A stretch of DNA of 64,000 bases from Balanoglossus misakiensis (lineage: Eukaryota > Animalia > Hemichordata): the NCBI GenBank assembly GCA_040954595.2, contig CM082582.2, forward strand, positions 2,650,303 to 2,714,302. Reading direction: 5' to 3'. Below, in pieces: positions 32,801 through 47,800 of the stretch. Positions within the stretch are counted from its first letter, which is position 1; each line of letters opens with the position of its first letter. Position numbers and translations under genes: made by a program. A model generated the notes under the pieces. That model was not told the DNA's origin and did not search any database. It saw only the letters and a program-made list of their open reading frames with translations.

Positions 32801-35800
32801 CTACGCCATTTACCCTGATGCAAAGAATCAGATTCAATGTCATCGTTGCATTAGCAATGTCAAAGTACAGTGCTTTTGGACACGTATTAACCCAGGGATT
32901 TATCATCAACTTGAAATCCCCATATGCATTTAATACCAATGTCAAAGTGAAGTGATTGCATCACTATCTATCCTGATGCATCATCAACCTTGCTTCGCCT
33001 TTTGCCCTGATGCAAAGAATCAGATTCAATGTCATCGTTGCATTAGCAATGTCAAATTAGAGTGCTTTTGGCCACGTATTAACCTATGGATTTACATTTA
33101 ACATTAAATACCCATGTGAAAGTGCAGAGTTTGCATCACCATCTACTATGATGCATCATTGAGCTTGCTTCGCCATTTGCCCTAATGCAAAGAATCCCAT
33201 TCAATGTCACCATTGCATATGCAATGTCAAAGTACAGTGCTTTCCGCCACGTATTAACCCAGGGATTTTCAGACAACTTTAAATCCCCCTGTAGGCATTT
33301 TATACCCATGTCAAAGTGCAGAGCTTGCATCACTATCTACCCTGATGCATCATCAACCTTGCTTCGCCATTTACCCTGATGCAAAGAATCAGATTCAATG
33401 TCATCGTTGCATTAGCAATGTCAAAGTACAGTGCTTTTGGACACGTATTAACCCAGGGATTTACAGACAACTTTAAATCCCCCTGAAGGCATTTTATACC
33501 CATGTCAAAGTGCAGAGCTTGCATCACTATCTACCCTGATGCATCATCAACCTTGCTTCGCCATTTACCCTGATGCAAAGAATCAGATTCAATGTCATCG
33601 TTGCATTAGCAATGTCAAAGTACAGTGCTTTTGGACACGTATTAACCCAGGGATTTACAGACAACTTTAAATCCCCCTGTAGGCATTTTATACCCATGTC
33701 AAAGTGAAGTGTTTGCATCACTATCTACCCTGATGTATCATAAAGCTTGCTACGCCATTTACCCTGATGCAAAGAATCAGATTCAATGTCATCATTGCAT
33801 TAGCAATGTCAAAGTACAGTGCTTTTCGACACGTATTAACCCACAGATTTTTCAACAACCTGAAATCCCCATATGCATTTAATACCCATGTCAAAGTGAA
33901 GTGTTTGCATCACTATCTACCCTGATGCATCATAAAGCTTGCTACGCCATTTACCCTGATGCAAAGAATCAGATTCAATGTCATCGTTGCATTAGCAATG
34001 TCAAAGTACAGTGCTTTTGGACACGTATTAACCCAGGGATTTATCATCAACTTGAAATCCCCATATGCATTTAATACCCATGTCAAAGTGAAGTGATTGC
34101 ATCACTATCTATCCTGATGCATTATCAACCTTGCTTCGCCTTTTGCCCTGATGCAAAGAATCAGATTCAATGTCATCGTTGCATTAGCAATGTCAAATTA
34201 GAGTGCTTTTGGCCCCGTATTAACCTATGGATTTACATTTAACATTAAATACCCATGTGAAAGTGCAGAGTTTGCATCACCATCTACTATGATGCATCAT
34301 TGAGCTTGCTTCGCCATTTGCCCTAATGCAAAGAATCCCATTCAATGTCACCATTGCATATGCAATGTCAAAGTACAGTGCTTTCCGCCACGTATTAACC
34401 CAGGGATTTACAGACAACTTTAAATCCCCCTGTAGGCATTTTATACCCATGTCAAAGTGAAGTGTTTGCATCACTATCTACCCTGATGCATCATAAAGCT
34501 TGCTACGCCATTTACCCTGATGCAAAGAATCAGATTCAATGTCATCATTGCATTAGCAATGTCAAAGTACAGTGCTTTTCGACACGTATTAACCCACAGA
34601 TTTTTCAACAACCTGAAATCCCCATATGCATTTAATACCCATGTCAAAGTGAAGTGTTTGCATCACTATCTACCCTGATGCATCATAAAGCTTGCTACGC
34701 CATTTACCCTGATGCAAAGAATCAGATTCAATGTCATCGTTGCATTAGCAATGTCAAAGTACAGTGCTTTTGGACACGTATTAACCCAGGGATTTATCAT
34801 CAACTTGAAATCCCCATATGCATTTAATACCCATGTCAAAGTGAAGTGATTGCATCACTATCTATCCTGATGCATCATCAACCTTGCTTCGCCATTTGCC
34901 CTGATGCAAAGAATCAGATTCAATGTCATCGTTGCATTAGCAATGTCAAATTAGAGTGCTTTTGGCCACGTATTAACCTATGGATTTACATTTAACATTA
35001 AATACCCATGTGAAAGTGCAGAGTTTGCATCACCATCTACTATGATGCATCATTGAGCTTGCTTCGCCATTTGCCCTAATGCAAAGAATCCCATTCAATG
35101 TCACCATTGCATATGCAATGTCAAAGTACAGTGCTTTCCGCCACGTATTAACCCAGGGATTTTCAGACAACTTTAAATCCCCCTGTAGGCATTTTATACC
35201 CATGTCAAAGTGCAGAGCTTGCATCACTATCTACCCTGATGCATCATCAACCTTGCTTCGCCATTTACCCTGATGCAAAGAATCAGATTCAATGTCATCG
35301 TTGCATTAGCAATGTCAAAGTACAGTGCTTTTGGACACGTATTAACCCAGGGATTTACAGACAACTTTAAATCCCCCTGAAGGCATTTTACACCCATGTC
35401 AAAGTGAAGTGTTTGCATCACTATCTACCCTGATGCATCATAAAGCTTGCTACGCCATTTACCCTGATGCAAAGAATCAGATTCAATGTCATCATTGCAT
35501 TAGCAATGTCAAAGTACAGTGCTTTTGGACACGTATTAACCCAGGGATTTATCATCAACTTGAAATCCCCATATGCATTTAATACCTATGTCAAAGTGAA
35601 GTGATTGCATCACTATCTACCCTGATGCATCATCAACCTTGCTTCGCCATTTGCCCTGATGCAAAGAATCAGATTCAATGTCATCGTTGCATTAGCAATG
35701 TCAAATTAGAGTGCTTTTGGCCACGTATTAACCTATGGATTTACATTTAACATTAAATACCCATGTGAAAGTGCAGAGTTTGCATCACCATCTACTCTGA

Positions 35801-38800
35801 TGCATCATTGAGCTTGCTTCGCCATTTGCCCTAATGCAAAGAATCCCATTCAATGTCACCATTGCATATGCAATGTCAAAGTACAGTGCTTTCCGCCTCG
35901 TATTAACCCAGGGATTTACAGACAACTTTAAATCCCCCTGTAGGCATTTTATACCCATGTCAAAGTGCAGAGCTTGCATCACTATCTACCCTGATGCATA
36001 ATCAACCTTGCTTCGCCATTTACCCTGATGCAAAGAATCAGATTCAATGTCATCGTTGCATTAGCAATGTCAAAGTACAGTGCTTTTGGACACGTATTAA
36101 CCCAGGGATTTACAGACAACTTTAAATCCCCCTGTAGGCATTTTATACCCATGTCAAAGTGAAGTGTTTGCATCACTATCTACCCTGATGCGTCATAAAG
36201 CTTGCTACGCCATTTACCCTGATGCAAAGAATCAGATTCAATGTCATCGTTGCATTAGCAATGTCAAAGTACAGTGCTTTTGGACACGTATTAACCCACA
36301 GATTTTTCAACAACCTGAAATCCCCATATGCATTTAATACCCATGTCAAAGTGAAGTGTTTGCATCACTATCTACCCTGATGCATCATAAAGCTTGCTAC
36401 GCCATTTACCCTGATGCAAAGAATCAGATTCAATGTCATCGTTACATTAGCAATGTCAAAGTACAGTGCTTTTGGACACGTATTAACCCAGGGATTTATC
36501 ATCAACTTGAAATCCCCATATGCATTTAATACCCATGTCAAAGTGAAGTGATTGCATCACTATCTACCCTGATGCATCATCAACCTTGCTTCGCCATTTG
36601 CCCTGATGCAAATAATCAGATTCAATGTCATCGTTGCATTAGCACTGTCAAATTAGAGTGCTTTTGGCCACGTATTAACCTATGGATTTACATTTAACAT
36701 TAAATACCCATGTGAAAGTGCAGAGTTTGCATCACCATCTACTCTGATGCATCATTGAGCTTGCTTCGCCATTTGCCCTAATGCAAAGAATCCCATTCAA
36801 TGTCACCATTGCATATGCAATGTCAAAGTACAGTGCTTTCCGCCACGTATTAACCCAGGGATTTACAGACAACTTTAAATCCCCCTGTAGGCATTTTATA
36901 CCCATGTCAAAGTGCAGAGCTTGCATCACTATCTACCCTGATGCATAATCAACCTTGCTTCGCCATTTACCCTGATGCAAAGAATCAGATTCAATGTCAT
37001 CGTTGCATTAGCAATGTCAAAGTACAGTGCTTTTGGACACGTATTTTAACCCAGGGATTTACAGACAACTTTAAATCCCCCTGTAGGCATTTAATACCCA
37101 TGTCAAAGTGCAGAGCTTGCATCACTATCTACCCTGATGCATCATCAACCTTGCTTCGCCATTTACCCTGATGCAAAGAATCAGATTCAATGTCATCGTT
37201 GCATTAGCAATGTTAAAGTACAGTGCTTTTGGACACGTATTAACCCACAGATTTTTCAACAACCTGAAATCCCCATATGCATTTAATACCCATGTCAAAG
37301 TGAAGTGTTTGCATCACTATCTACCCTGATGCATCATAAAGCTTGCTACGCCATTTACCCTGATGCAAAGAATCATATTCAATGTCATCGTTACATTAGC
37401 AATGTCAAAGTACAGTGCTTTTGGACACGTATTAACCCAGGGATTTATCATCAACTTGAAATCCCCATATGCATTTAATACCCATGTCAAAGTGAAGTGA
37501 TTGCATCACTATCTACCCTGATGCATCATCAACCTTGCTTCGCCATTTGCCCTGATGCAAAGAATCAGATTCAATGTCATCGTTGCATTAGTAATGTCAA
37601 ATTAGAGTGCTTTTGGCCACGTATTAACCTATGGATTTACATTTAACATTAAATACCCATGTGAAAGTGAAGAGTTTGCATCACCATCTACTCTGATGCA
37701 TCATTGAGCTTGCTTCGCCATTTGCCCTAATGCAAAGAATCCCATTCAATGTCACCATTGCATATGCAATGTCAAAGTACAGTGCTTTCCGCCACGTATT
37801 AACCCAGGGATTTACAGACAACTTTAAATCCCCCTGTAGGCATTTTATACCCATGTCAAAGTGCAGAGCTTGCATCACTATCTACCCTGATGCATCATCA
37901 ACCTTGCTTCGCCATTTACCCTGATGCAAAGAATCAGATTCAATGTCATCGTTGCATTAGCAATGTCAAAGTACAGTGCTTTTGGACACGTATTAACCCA
38001 GGGATTTACAGACAACTTTAAATCCCCCTGTAGGCATTTTATACCCATGTCAAAGTGAAGTGTTTGCATCACTATCTACCCTGATGCATCATAAAGCTTG
38101 CTACGCCATTTACCCTGATGCAAAGAATCAGATTCAATGTCATCATTGCATTAGCAATGTCAAAGTACAGTGCTTTTGGACACGTATTAACCCAGGGATT
38201 TACAGACAACTTTAAATCCCCCTGTAGGCATTTTATACCCATGTCAAAGTGAAGTGTTTGCATCACTATCTACCCTGATGCATCATAAAGCTTGCTACGC
38301 CATTTACCCTGATGCAAAGAATCAGATTCAATGTCATCGTTGCATTAGCAATGTCAAAGTACAGTGCTTTTGGACACGTATTAACCCAGGGATTTATCAT
38401 CAACTTGAAATCCCCATATGCATTTAATACCCATGTCAAAGTGAAGTGATTGCATCACTATCTATCCTGATGCATCATCAACCTTGCTTCGCCTTTTGCC
38501 CTGATGCAAAGAATCAGATTCAATGTCATCGTTGCATTAGCAATGTCAAATTAGAGTGCTTTTGGCCACGTATTAACCTATGGATTTACATTTAACATTA
38601 AATACCCATGTGAAAGTGCAGAGTTTGCATCACCATCTACTATGATGCATCATTGAGCTTGCTTCGCCATTTGCCCTAATGCAAAGAATCCCATTCAATG
38701 TCACCATTGCATATGCAATGTCAAAGTACAGTGCTTTCCGCCACGTATTAACCCAGGGATTTACAGACAACTTTAAATCCCCCTGTAGGCATTTTATACC

Positions 38801-41800
38801 CATGTCAAAGTGAAGTGTTTGCATCACTATCTACCCTGATGCATCATAAAGCTTGCTACGCCATTTACCCTGATGCAAAGAATCAGATTCAATGTCATCA
38901 TTGCATTAGCAATGTCAAAGTACAGTGCTTTTCGACACGTATTAACCCACAGATTTTTCAACAACCTGAAATCCCCATATGCATTTAATACCCATGTCAA
39001 AGTGAAGTGTTTGCATCACTATCTACCCTGATGCATCATAAAGCTTGCTACGCCATTTACCCTGATGCAAAGAATCAGATTCAATGTCATCGTTGCATTA
39101 GCAATGTCAAAGTACAGTGCTTTTGGACACGTATTAACCCAGGGATTTATCATCAACTTGAAATCCCCATATGCATTTAATACCCATGTCAAAGTGAAGT
39201 GATTGCATCACTATCTATCCTGATGCATCATCAACCTTGCTTCGCCTTTTGCCCTGATGCAAAGAATCAGATTAAATGTCATCGTTGCATTAGCAATGTC
39301 AAATTAGAGTGCTTTTGGCCACGTATTAACCTATGGATTTACATTTAACATTAAATACCCATGTGAAAGTGCAGAGTTTGCATCACCATCTACTATGATG
39401 CATCATTGAGCTTGCTTCGCCATTTGCCCTAATGCAAAGAATCCCATTCAATGTCACCATTGCATATGCAATGTCAAAGTACAGTGCTTTCCACCACGTA
39501 TTAACCCAGGGATTTTCAGACAACTTTAAATCCCCCTGTAGGCATTTTATACCCATGTCAAAGTGCAGAGCTTGCATCACTATCTACCCTGATGCATCAT
39601 CAACCTTGCTTCGCCATTTACCCTGATGCAAAGAATCAGATTCAATGTCATCGTTGCATTAGCAATGTCAAAGTACAGTGCTTTTGGACACGTATTAACC
39701 CAGGGATTTACAGACAACTTTAAATCCCCCTGAAGGCATTTTACACCCATGTCAAAGTGAAGTGTTTGCATCACTATCTACCCTGATGCATCATAAAGCT
39801 TCCTACGCCATTTACCCTGATGCAAAGAATCAGATTCAATGTCATCATTGCATTAGCAATGTCAAAGTACAGTGCTTTTGGACACGTATTAACCCAGGGA
39901 TTTATCATCAACTTGAAATCCCCATATGCATTTAATACCTATGTCAAAGTGAAGTGATTGCATCACTATCTACCCTGATGCATCATCAACCTTGCTTCGC
40001 CATTTGCCCTGATGCAAAGAATCAGATTCAATGTCATCGTTGCATTAGCAATGTCAAATTAGAGTGCTTTTGGCCACGTATTAACCTATGGATTTACATT
40101 TAACATTAAATACCCATGTGAAAGTGCAGAGTTTGCATCACCATCTACTCTGATGCATCATTGAGCTTGCTTCGCCATTTGCCCTAATGCAAAGAATCCC
40201 ATTCATTGTCACCATTGCATATGCAATGTCAAAGTACAGTGCTTTCCGCCACGTATTAACCCAGGGATTTACAGACAACTTTAAATCCCCCTGTAGGCAT
40301 TTTATACCCATGTCAAAGTGCAGAGCTTGCATCACTATCTACCCTGATGCATAATCAACCTTGCTTCGCCATTTACCCTGATGCAAAGAATCAGATTCAA
40401 TGTCATCGTTGCATTAGCAATGTCAAAGTACAGTGCTTTTGGACACGTATTAACCCACAGATTTTTCAACAACCTGAAATCCCCATATGCATTTAATACC
40501 CATGTCAAAGTGAAGTGTTTGCATCACTATCTACCCTGATGCATCATAAAGCTTGCTACGCCATTTACCCTGATGCAAAGAATCATATTCAATGTCATCG
40601 TTACATTAGCAATGTCAAAGTACAGTGCTTTTGGACGCGTATTAACCCAGGGATTTATCATCAACTTGAAATCCCCATATGCATTTAATACCCATGTCAA
40701 AGTGAAGTGATTGCATCACTATCTACCCTGATGCATCATCAACCTTGCTTCGCCATTTGCCCTGATGCAAAGAATCAGATTCAATGTCATCGTTGCATTA
40801 GCAATGTCAAATTAGAGTGCTTTTGGCCACGTATTAACCTATGGATTTACATTTAACATTAAATACCCATGTGAAAGTGCAGAGTTTGCATCACCATCTA
40901 CTCTGATGCATCATTGAGCTTGCTTCGCCATTTGCCCTAATGCAAAGAATCCCATTCAATGTCACCATTGCATATGCAATGTCAAAGTACAGTGCTTTCC
41001 GCCACGTATTAACCCAGGGATTTACAGACAACTTTAAATCCCCCTGTAGGCATTTTATACCCATGTCAAAGTGCAGAGCTTGCATCACTATCTACCCTGA
41101 TGCATCATCAACCTTGCTTCGCCATTTACCCTGATGCAAAGAATCAGATTCAATGTCATCGTTGCATTAGCAATGTCAAAGTACAGTGCTTTTGGACACG
41201 TATTAACCCAGGGATTTACAGACAACTTTAAATCCCCCTGTAGGCATTTTATACCCATGTCAAAGTGAAGTGTTTGCATCACTATCTACCCTGATGCATC
41301 ATAAAGCTTGCTACGCCATTTACCCTGATGCAAAGAATCAGATTTAATGTCATCATTGCATTAGCAATGTCAAAGTACAGTGCTTTTCGACACGTATTAA
41401 CCCACAGATTTTTCAACAACCTGAAATCCCCATATGCATTTAATACCCATGTCAAAGTGAAGTGTTTGCATCACTATCTACCCTGATGCATCATAAAGCT
41501 TGCTACGCCATTTGCCCTGATGCAAAGAATCAGATTCAATGTCATCGTTGCATTAGCAAAGTCAAAGTACAGTGCTTTTGGACACGTATTAACCCAGGGA
41601 TTTATCATCAACTTGAAATCCCCATATGCATTTAATACCCATGTCAAAGTGAAGTGATTGCATCACTATCTATCCTGATGCATTATCAACCTTGCTTCGC
41701 CTTTTGCCCTGATGCAAAGAATCAGATTCAATGTCATCGTTGCATTAGCAATGTCAAATTAGAGTGCTTTTGGCCACGTATTAACCTATGGATTTACATT

Positions 41801-44800
41801 TAACATTAAATACCCATGTGAAAGTGCAGAGTTTGCATCACCATCTACTATGATGCATCATTGAGCTTGCTTCGCCATTTGCCCTAATGCAAAGAATCCC
41901 ATTCAATGTCACCATTGCATATGCAATGTCAAAGTACAGTGCTTTCCGCCACGTATTAACCCAGGGATTTACAGACAACTTTAAATCCCCCTGTAGGCAT
42001 TTTATACCCATGTCAAAGTGAAGTGTTTGCATCACTATCTACCCTGATGCATCATAAAGCTTGCTACGCCATTTACCCTGATGCAAAGAATCAGATTCAA
42101 TGTCATCATTGCATTAGCAATGTCAAAGTACAGTGCTTTTCGACACGTATTAACCCACAGATTTTTCAACAACCTGAAATCCCCATATGCATTTAATACC
42201 CATGTCAAAGTGAAGTGTTTGCATCACTATCTACCCTGATGCATCATAAAGCTTGCTACGCCATTTACCCTGATGCAAAGAATCAGATTCAATGTCATCG
42301 TTGCATTAGCAATGTCAAAGTACAGTGCTTTTGGACACGTATTAACCCAGGGATTTATCATCAACTTGAAATCCCCATATGCATTTAATACCAATGTCAA
42401 AGTGAAGTGATTGCATCACTATCTATCCTGATGCATCATCAACCTTGCTTCGCCTTTTGCCCTGATGCAAAGAATCAGATTCAATGTCATCGTTGCATTA
42501 GCAATGTCAAATTAGAGTGCTTTTGGCCACGTATTAACCTATGGATTTACATTTAACATTAAATACCCATGTGAAAGTGCAGAGTTTGCATCACCATCTT
42601 CTATGATGCATCATTGAGCTTGCTTCGCCATTTGCCCTAATGCAAAGAATCCCATTCAATGTCACCATTGCATATGCAATGTCAAAGTACAGTGCTTTCC
42701 GCCACGTATTAACCCAGGGATTTACAGACAACTTTAAATCCCCCTGTAGGCATTTTATACCCATGTCAAAGTGAAGTGTTTGCATCACTATCTACCCTGA
42801 TGCATCATAAAGCTTGCTACGCCATTTACCCTGATGCAAAGAATCAGATTCAATGTCATCATTGCATTAGCAATGTCAAAGTACAGTGCTTTTCGACACG
42901 TATTAACCCACAGATTTTTCAACAACCTGAAATCCCCATATGCATTTAATACCCATGTCAAAGTGAAGTGTTTGCATCACTATCTACCCTGATGCATCAT
43001 AAAGCTTGCTACGCCATTTACCCTGATGCAAAGAATCAGATTCAATGTCATCGTTGCATTAGCAATGTCAAAGTACAGTGCTTTTGGACACGTATTAACC
43101 CAGGGATTTATCATCAACTTGAAATCCCCATATGCATTTAATACCCATGTCAAAGTGAAGTGATTGCATCACTATCTATCCTGATGCATCATCAACCTTG
43201 CTTCGCCTTTTGCCCTGATGCAAAGAATCAGATTCAATGTCATCGTTGCATTAGCAATGTCAAATTAGAGTGCTTTTGGCCACGTATTAACCTATGGATT
43301 TACATTTAACATTAAATACCCATGTGAAAGTGCAGAGTTTGCATCACCATCTACTATGATGCATCATTGAGCTTGCTTCGCCATTTGCCCTAATGCAAAG
43401 AATCCCATTCAATGTCACCATTGCATATGCAATGTCAAAGTACAGTGCTTTCCACCACGTATTAACCCAGGGATTTTCAGACAACTTTAAATCCCCCTGT
43501 AGGCATTTTATACCCATGTCAAAGTGCAGAGCTTGCATCACTATCTACCCTGATGCATCATCAACCTTGCTTCGCCATTTACCCTGATGCAAAGAATCAG
43601 ATTCAATGTCATCGTTGCATTAGCAATGTCAAAGTACAGTGCTTTTGGACACGTATTAACCCAGGGATTTACAGACAACTTTAAATCCCCCTGAAGGCAT
43701 TTTACACCCATGTCAAAGTGAAGTGTTTGCATCACTATCTACCCTGATGCATCATAAAGCTTCCTACGCCATTTACCCTGATGCAAAGAATCAGATTCAA
43801 TGTCATCATTGCATTAGCAATGTCAAAGTACAGTGCTTTTGGACACGTATTAACCCAGGGATTTATCATCAACTTGAAATCCCCATATGCATTTAATACC
43901 TATGTCAAAGTGAAGTGATTGCATCACTATCTACCCTGATGCATCATCAACCTTGCTTCGCCATTTGCCCTGATGCAAAGAATCAGATTCAATGTCATCG
44001 TTGCATTAGCAATGTCAAATTAGAGTGCTTTTGGCCACGTATTAACCTATGGATTTACATTTAACATTAAATACCCATGTGAAAGTGCAGAGTTTGCATC
44101 ACCATCTACTCTGATGCATCATTGAGCTTGCTTCGCCATTTGCCCTAATGCAAAGAATCCCATTCAATGTCACCATTGCATATGCAATGTCAAAGTACAG
44201 TGCTTTCCGCCTCGTATTAACCCAGGGATTTACAGACAACTTTAAATCCCCCTGTAGGCATTTTATACCCATGTCAAAGTGCAGAGCTTGCATCACTATC
44301 TACCCTGATGCATAATCAACCTTGCTTCGCCATTTACCCTGATGCAAAGAATCAGATTCAATGTCATCGTTGCATTAGCAATGTCAAAGTACAGTGCTTT
44401 TGGACACGTATTAACCCAGGGATTTACAGACAACTTTAAATCCCCCTGTAGGCATTTTATACCCATGTCAAAGTGAAGTGTTTGCATCACTATCTACCCT
44501 GATGCGTCATAAAGCTTGCTACGCCATTTACCCTGATGCAAAGAATCAGATTCAATGTCATCGTTGCATTAGCAATGTCAAAGTACAGTGCTTTTGGACA
44601 CGTATTAACCCACAGATTTTTCAACAACCTGAAATCCCCATATGCATTTAATACCCATGTCAAAGTGAAGTGTTTGCATCACTATCTACCCTGATGCATC
44701 ATAAAGCTTGCTACGCCATTTACCCTGATGCAAAGAATCATATTCAATGTCATCGTTACATTAGCAATGTCAAAGTACAGTGCTTTTGGACACGTATTAA

Positions 44801-47800
44801 CCCAGGGATTTATCATCAACTTGAAATCCCCATATGCATTTAATACCCATGTCAAAGTGAAGTGATTGCATCACTATCTACCCTGATGCATCATCAACCT
44901 TGCTTCGCCATTTGCCCTGATGCAAAGAATCAGATTCAATGTCATCGTTGCATTAGCAATGTCAAATTAGAGTGCTTTTGGCCACGTATTAACCTATGGA
45001 TTTACATTTAACATTAAATACCCATGTGAAAGTGCAGAGTTTGCATCACCATCTACTCTGATGCATCATTGAGCTTGCTTCGCCATTTGCCCTAATGCAA
45101 AGAATCCCATTCAATGTCACCATTGCATATGCAATGTCAAAGTACAGTGCTTTCCGCCTCGTATTAACCCAGGGATTTACAGACAACTTTAAATCCCCCT
45201 GTAGGCATTTTATACCCATGTCAAAGTGCAGAGCTTGCATCACTATCTACCCTGATGCATAATCAACCTTGCTTCGCCATTTACCCTGATGCAAAGAATC
45301 AGATTCAATGTCATCGTTGCATTAGCAATGTCAAAGTACAGTGCTTTTGGACACGTATTAACCCAGGGATTTACAGACAACTTTAAATCCCCCTGTAGGC
45401 ATTTTATACCCATGTCAAAGTGAAGTGTTTGCATCACTATCTACCCTGATGCGTCATAAAGCTTGCTACGCCATTTACCCTGATGCAAAGAATCAGATTC
45501 AATGTCATCGTTGCATTAGCAATGTCAAAGTACAGTGCTTTTGGACACGTATTAACCCACAGATTTTTCAACAACCTGAAATCCCCATATGCATTTAATA
45601 CCCATGTCAAAGTGAAGTGTTTGCATCACTATCTACCCTGATGCATCATAAAGCTTGCTACGCCATTTACCCTGATGCAAAGAATCATATTCAATGTCAT
45701 CGTTACATTAGCAATGTCAAAGTACAGTGCTTTTGGACACGTATTAACCCAGGGATTTATCATCAACTTGAAATCCCCATATGCATTTAATACCCATGTC
45801 AAAGTGAAGTGATTGCATCACTATCTACCCTGATGCATCATCAACCTTGCTTCGCCATTTGCCCTGATGCAAAGAATCAGATTCAATGTCATCGTTGCAT
45901 TAGCAATGTCAAATTAGAGTGCTTTTGGCCACGTATTAACCTATGGATTTACATTTAACATTAAATACCCATGTGAAAGTGCAGAGTTTGCATCACCATC
46001 TACTCTGATGCATCATTGAGCTTGCTTCGCCATTTGCCCTAATGCAAAGAATCCCATTCAATGTCACCATTGCATATGCAATGTCAAAGTACAGTGCTTT
46101 CCGCCACGTATTAACCCAGGGATTTACAGACAACTTTAAATCCCCCTGTAGGCATTTTATACCCATGTCAAAGTGCAGAGCTTGCATCACTATCTACCCT
46201 GATGCATCATCAACCTTGCTTCGCCATTTACCCTGATGCAAAGAATCAGATTCAATGTCATCGTTGCATTAGCAATGTCAAAGTACAGTGCTTTTGGACA
46301 CGTATTAACCCAGGGATTTACAGACAACTTTAAATCCCCCTGTAGGCATTTTATACCCATGTCAAAGTGAAGTGTTTGCATCACTATCTACCCTGATGCA
46401 TCATAAAGCTTGCTACGCCATTTACCCTGATGCAAAGAATCAGATTCAATGTCATCATTGCATTAGCAATGTCAAAGTACAGTGCTTTTCGACACGTATT
46501 AACCCACAGATTTTTCAACAACCTGAAATCCCCATATGCATTTAATACCCATGTCAAAGTGAAGTGTTTGCATCACTATCTACCCAGATGCATCATAAAG
46601 CTTGCTACGCCATTTACCCTGATGCAAAGAATCAGATTCAATGTCATCGTTGCATTAGCAATGTCAAAGTACAGTGCTTTTGGACACGTATTAACCCACA
46701 GATTTTTCAACAACCTGAAATCCCCATATGCATTTAATACCCATGTCAAAGTGAAGTGTTTGCATCACTATCTACCCTGATGCATCATAAAGCTTGCTAC
46801 GCCATTTACCCTGATGCAAAGAATCATATTCAATGTCATCGTTACATTAGCAATGTCAAAGTACAGTGCTTTTGGACACGTATTAACCCAGGGATTTATC
46901 ATCAACTTGAAATCCCCATATGCATTTAATACCCATGTCAAAGTGAAGTGATTGCATCACTATCTACCCTGATGCATCATCAACCTTGCTTCGCCATTTG
47001 CCCTGATGCAAAGAATCAGATTCAATGTCATCGTTGCATTAGCAATGTCAAATTAGAGTGCTTTTGGCCACGTATTAACCTATGGATTTACATTTAACAT
47101 TAAATACCCATGTGAAAGTGCAGAGTTTGCATCACCATCTACTCTGATGCATCATTGAGCTTGCTTCGCCATTTGCCCTAATGCAAAGAATCCCATTCAA
47201 AGTCACCATTGCATATGCAATGTCAAAGTACAGTGCTTTCCGCCACGTATTAACCCAGGGATTTACAGACAACTTTAAATCCCCCTGTAGGCATTTTATA
47301 CCCATGTCAAAGTGCAGAGCTTGCATCACTATCTACCCTGATGCATCATCAACCTTGCTTCGCCATTTACCCTGATGCAAAGAATCAGATTCAATGTCAT
47401 CGTTGCATTACCAATGTCAAAGTACAGTGCTTTTGGACACGTATTAACCCAGGGATTTACAGACAACTTTAAATCCCCCTGTAGGCATTTTATACCCATG
47501 TCAAAGTGAAGTGTTTGCATCACTATCTACCCTGATGCATCATAAAGCTTGCTACGCCATTTACCCTGATGCAAAGAATCAGATTCAATGTCATCATTGC
47601 ATTAGCAATGTCAAAGTACAGTGCTTTTCGACACGTATTAACCCACAGATTTTTCAACAACCTGAAATCCCCATATGCATTTAATACCCATGTCAAAGTG
47701 AAGTGTTTGCATCACTATCTACCCAGATGCATCATAAAGCTTGCTACGCCATTTACCCTGATGCAAAGAATCAGATTCAATGTCATCGTTGCATTAGCAA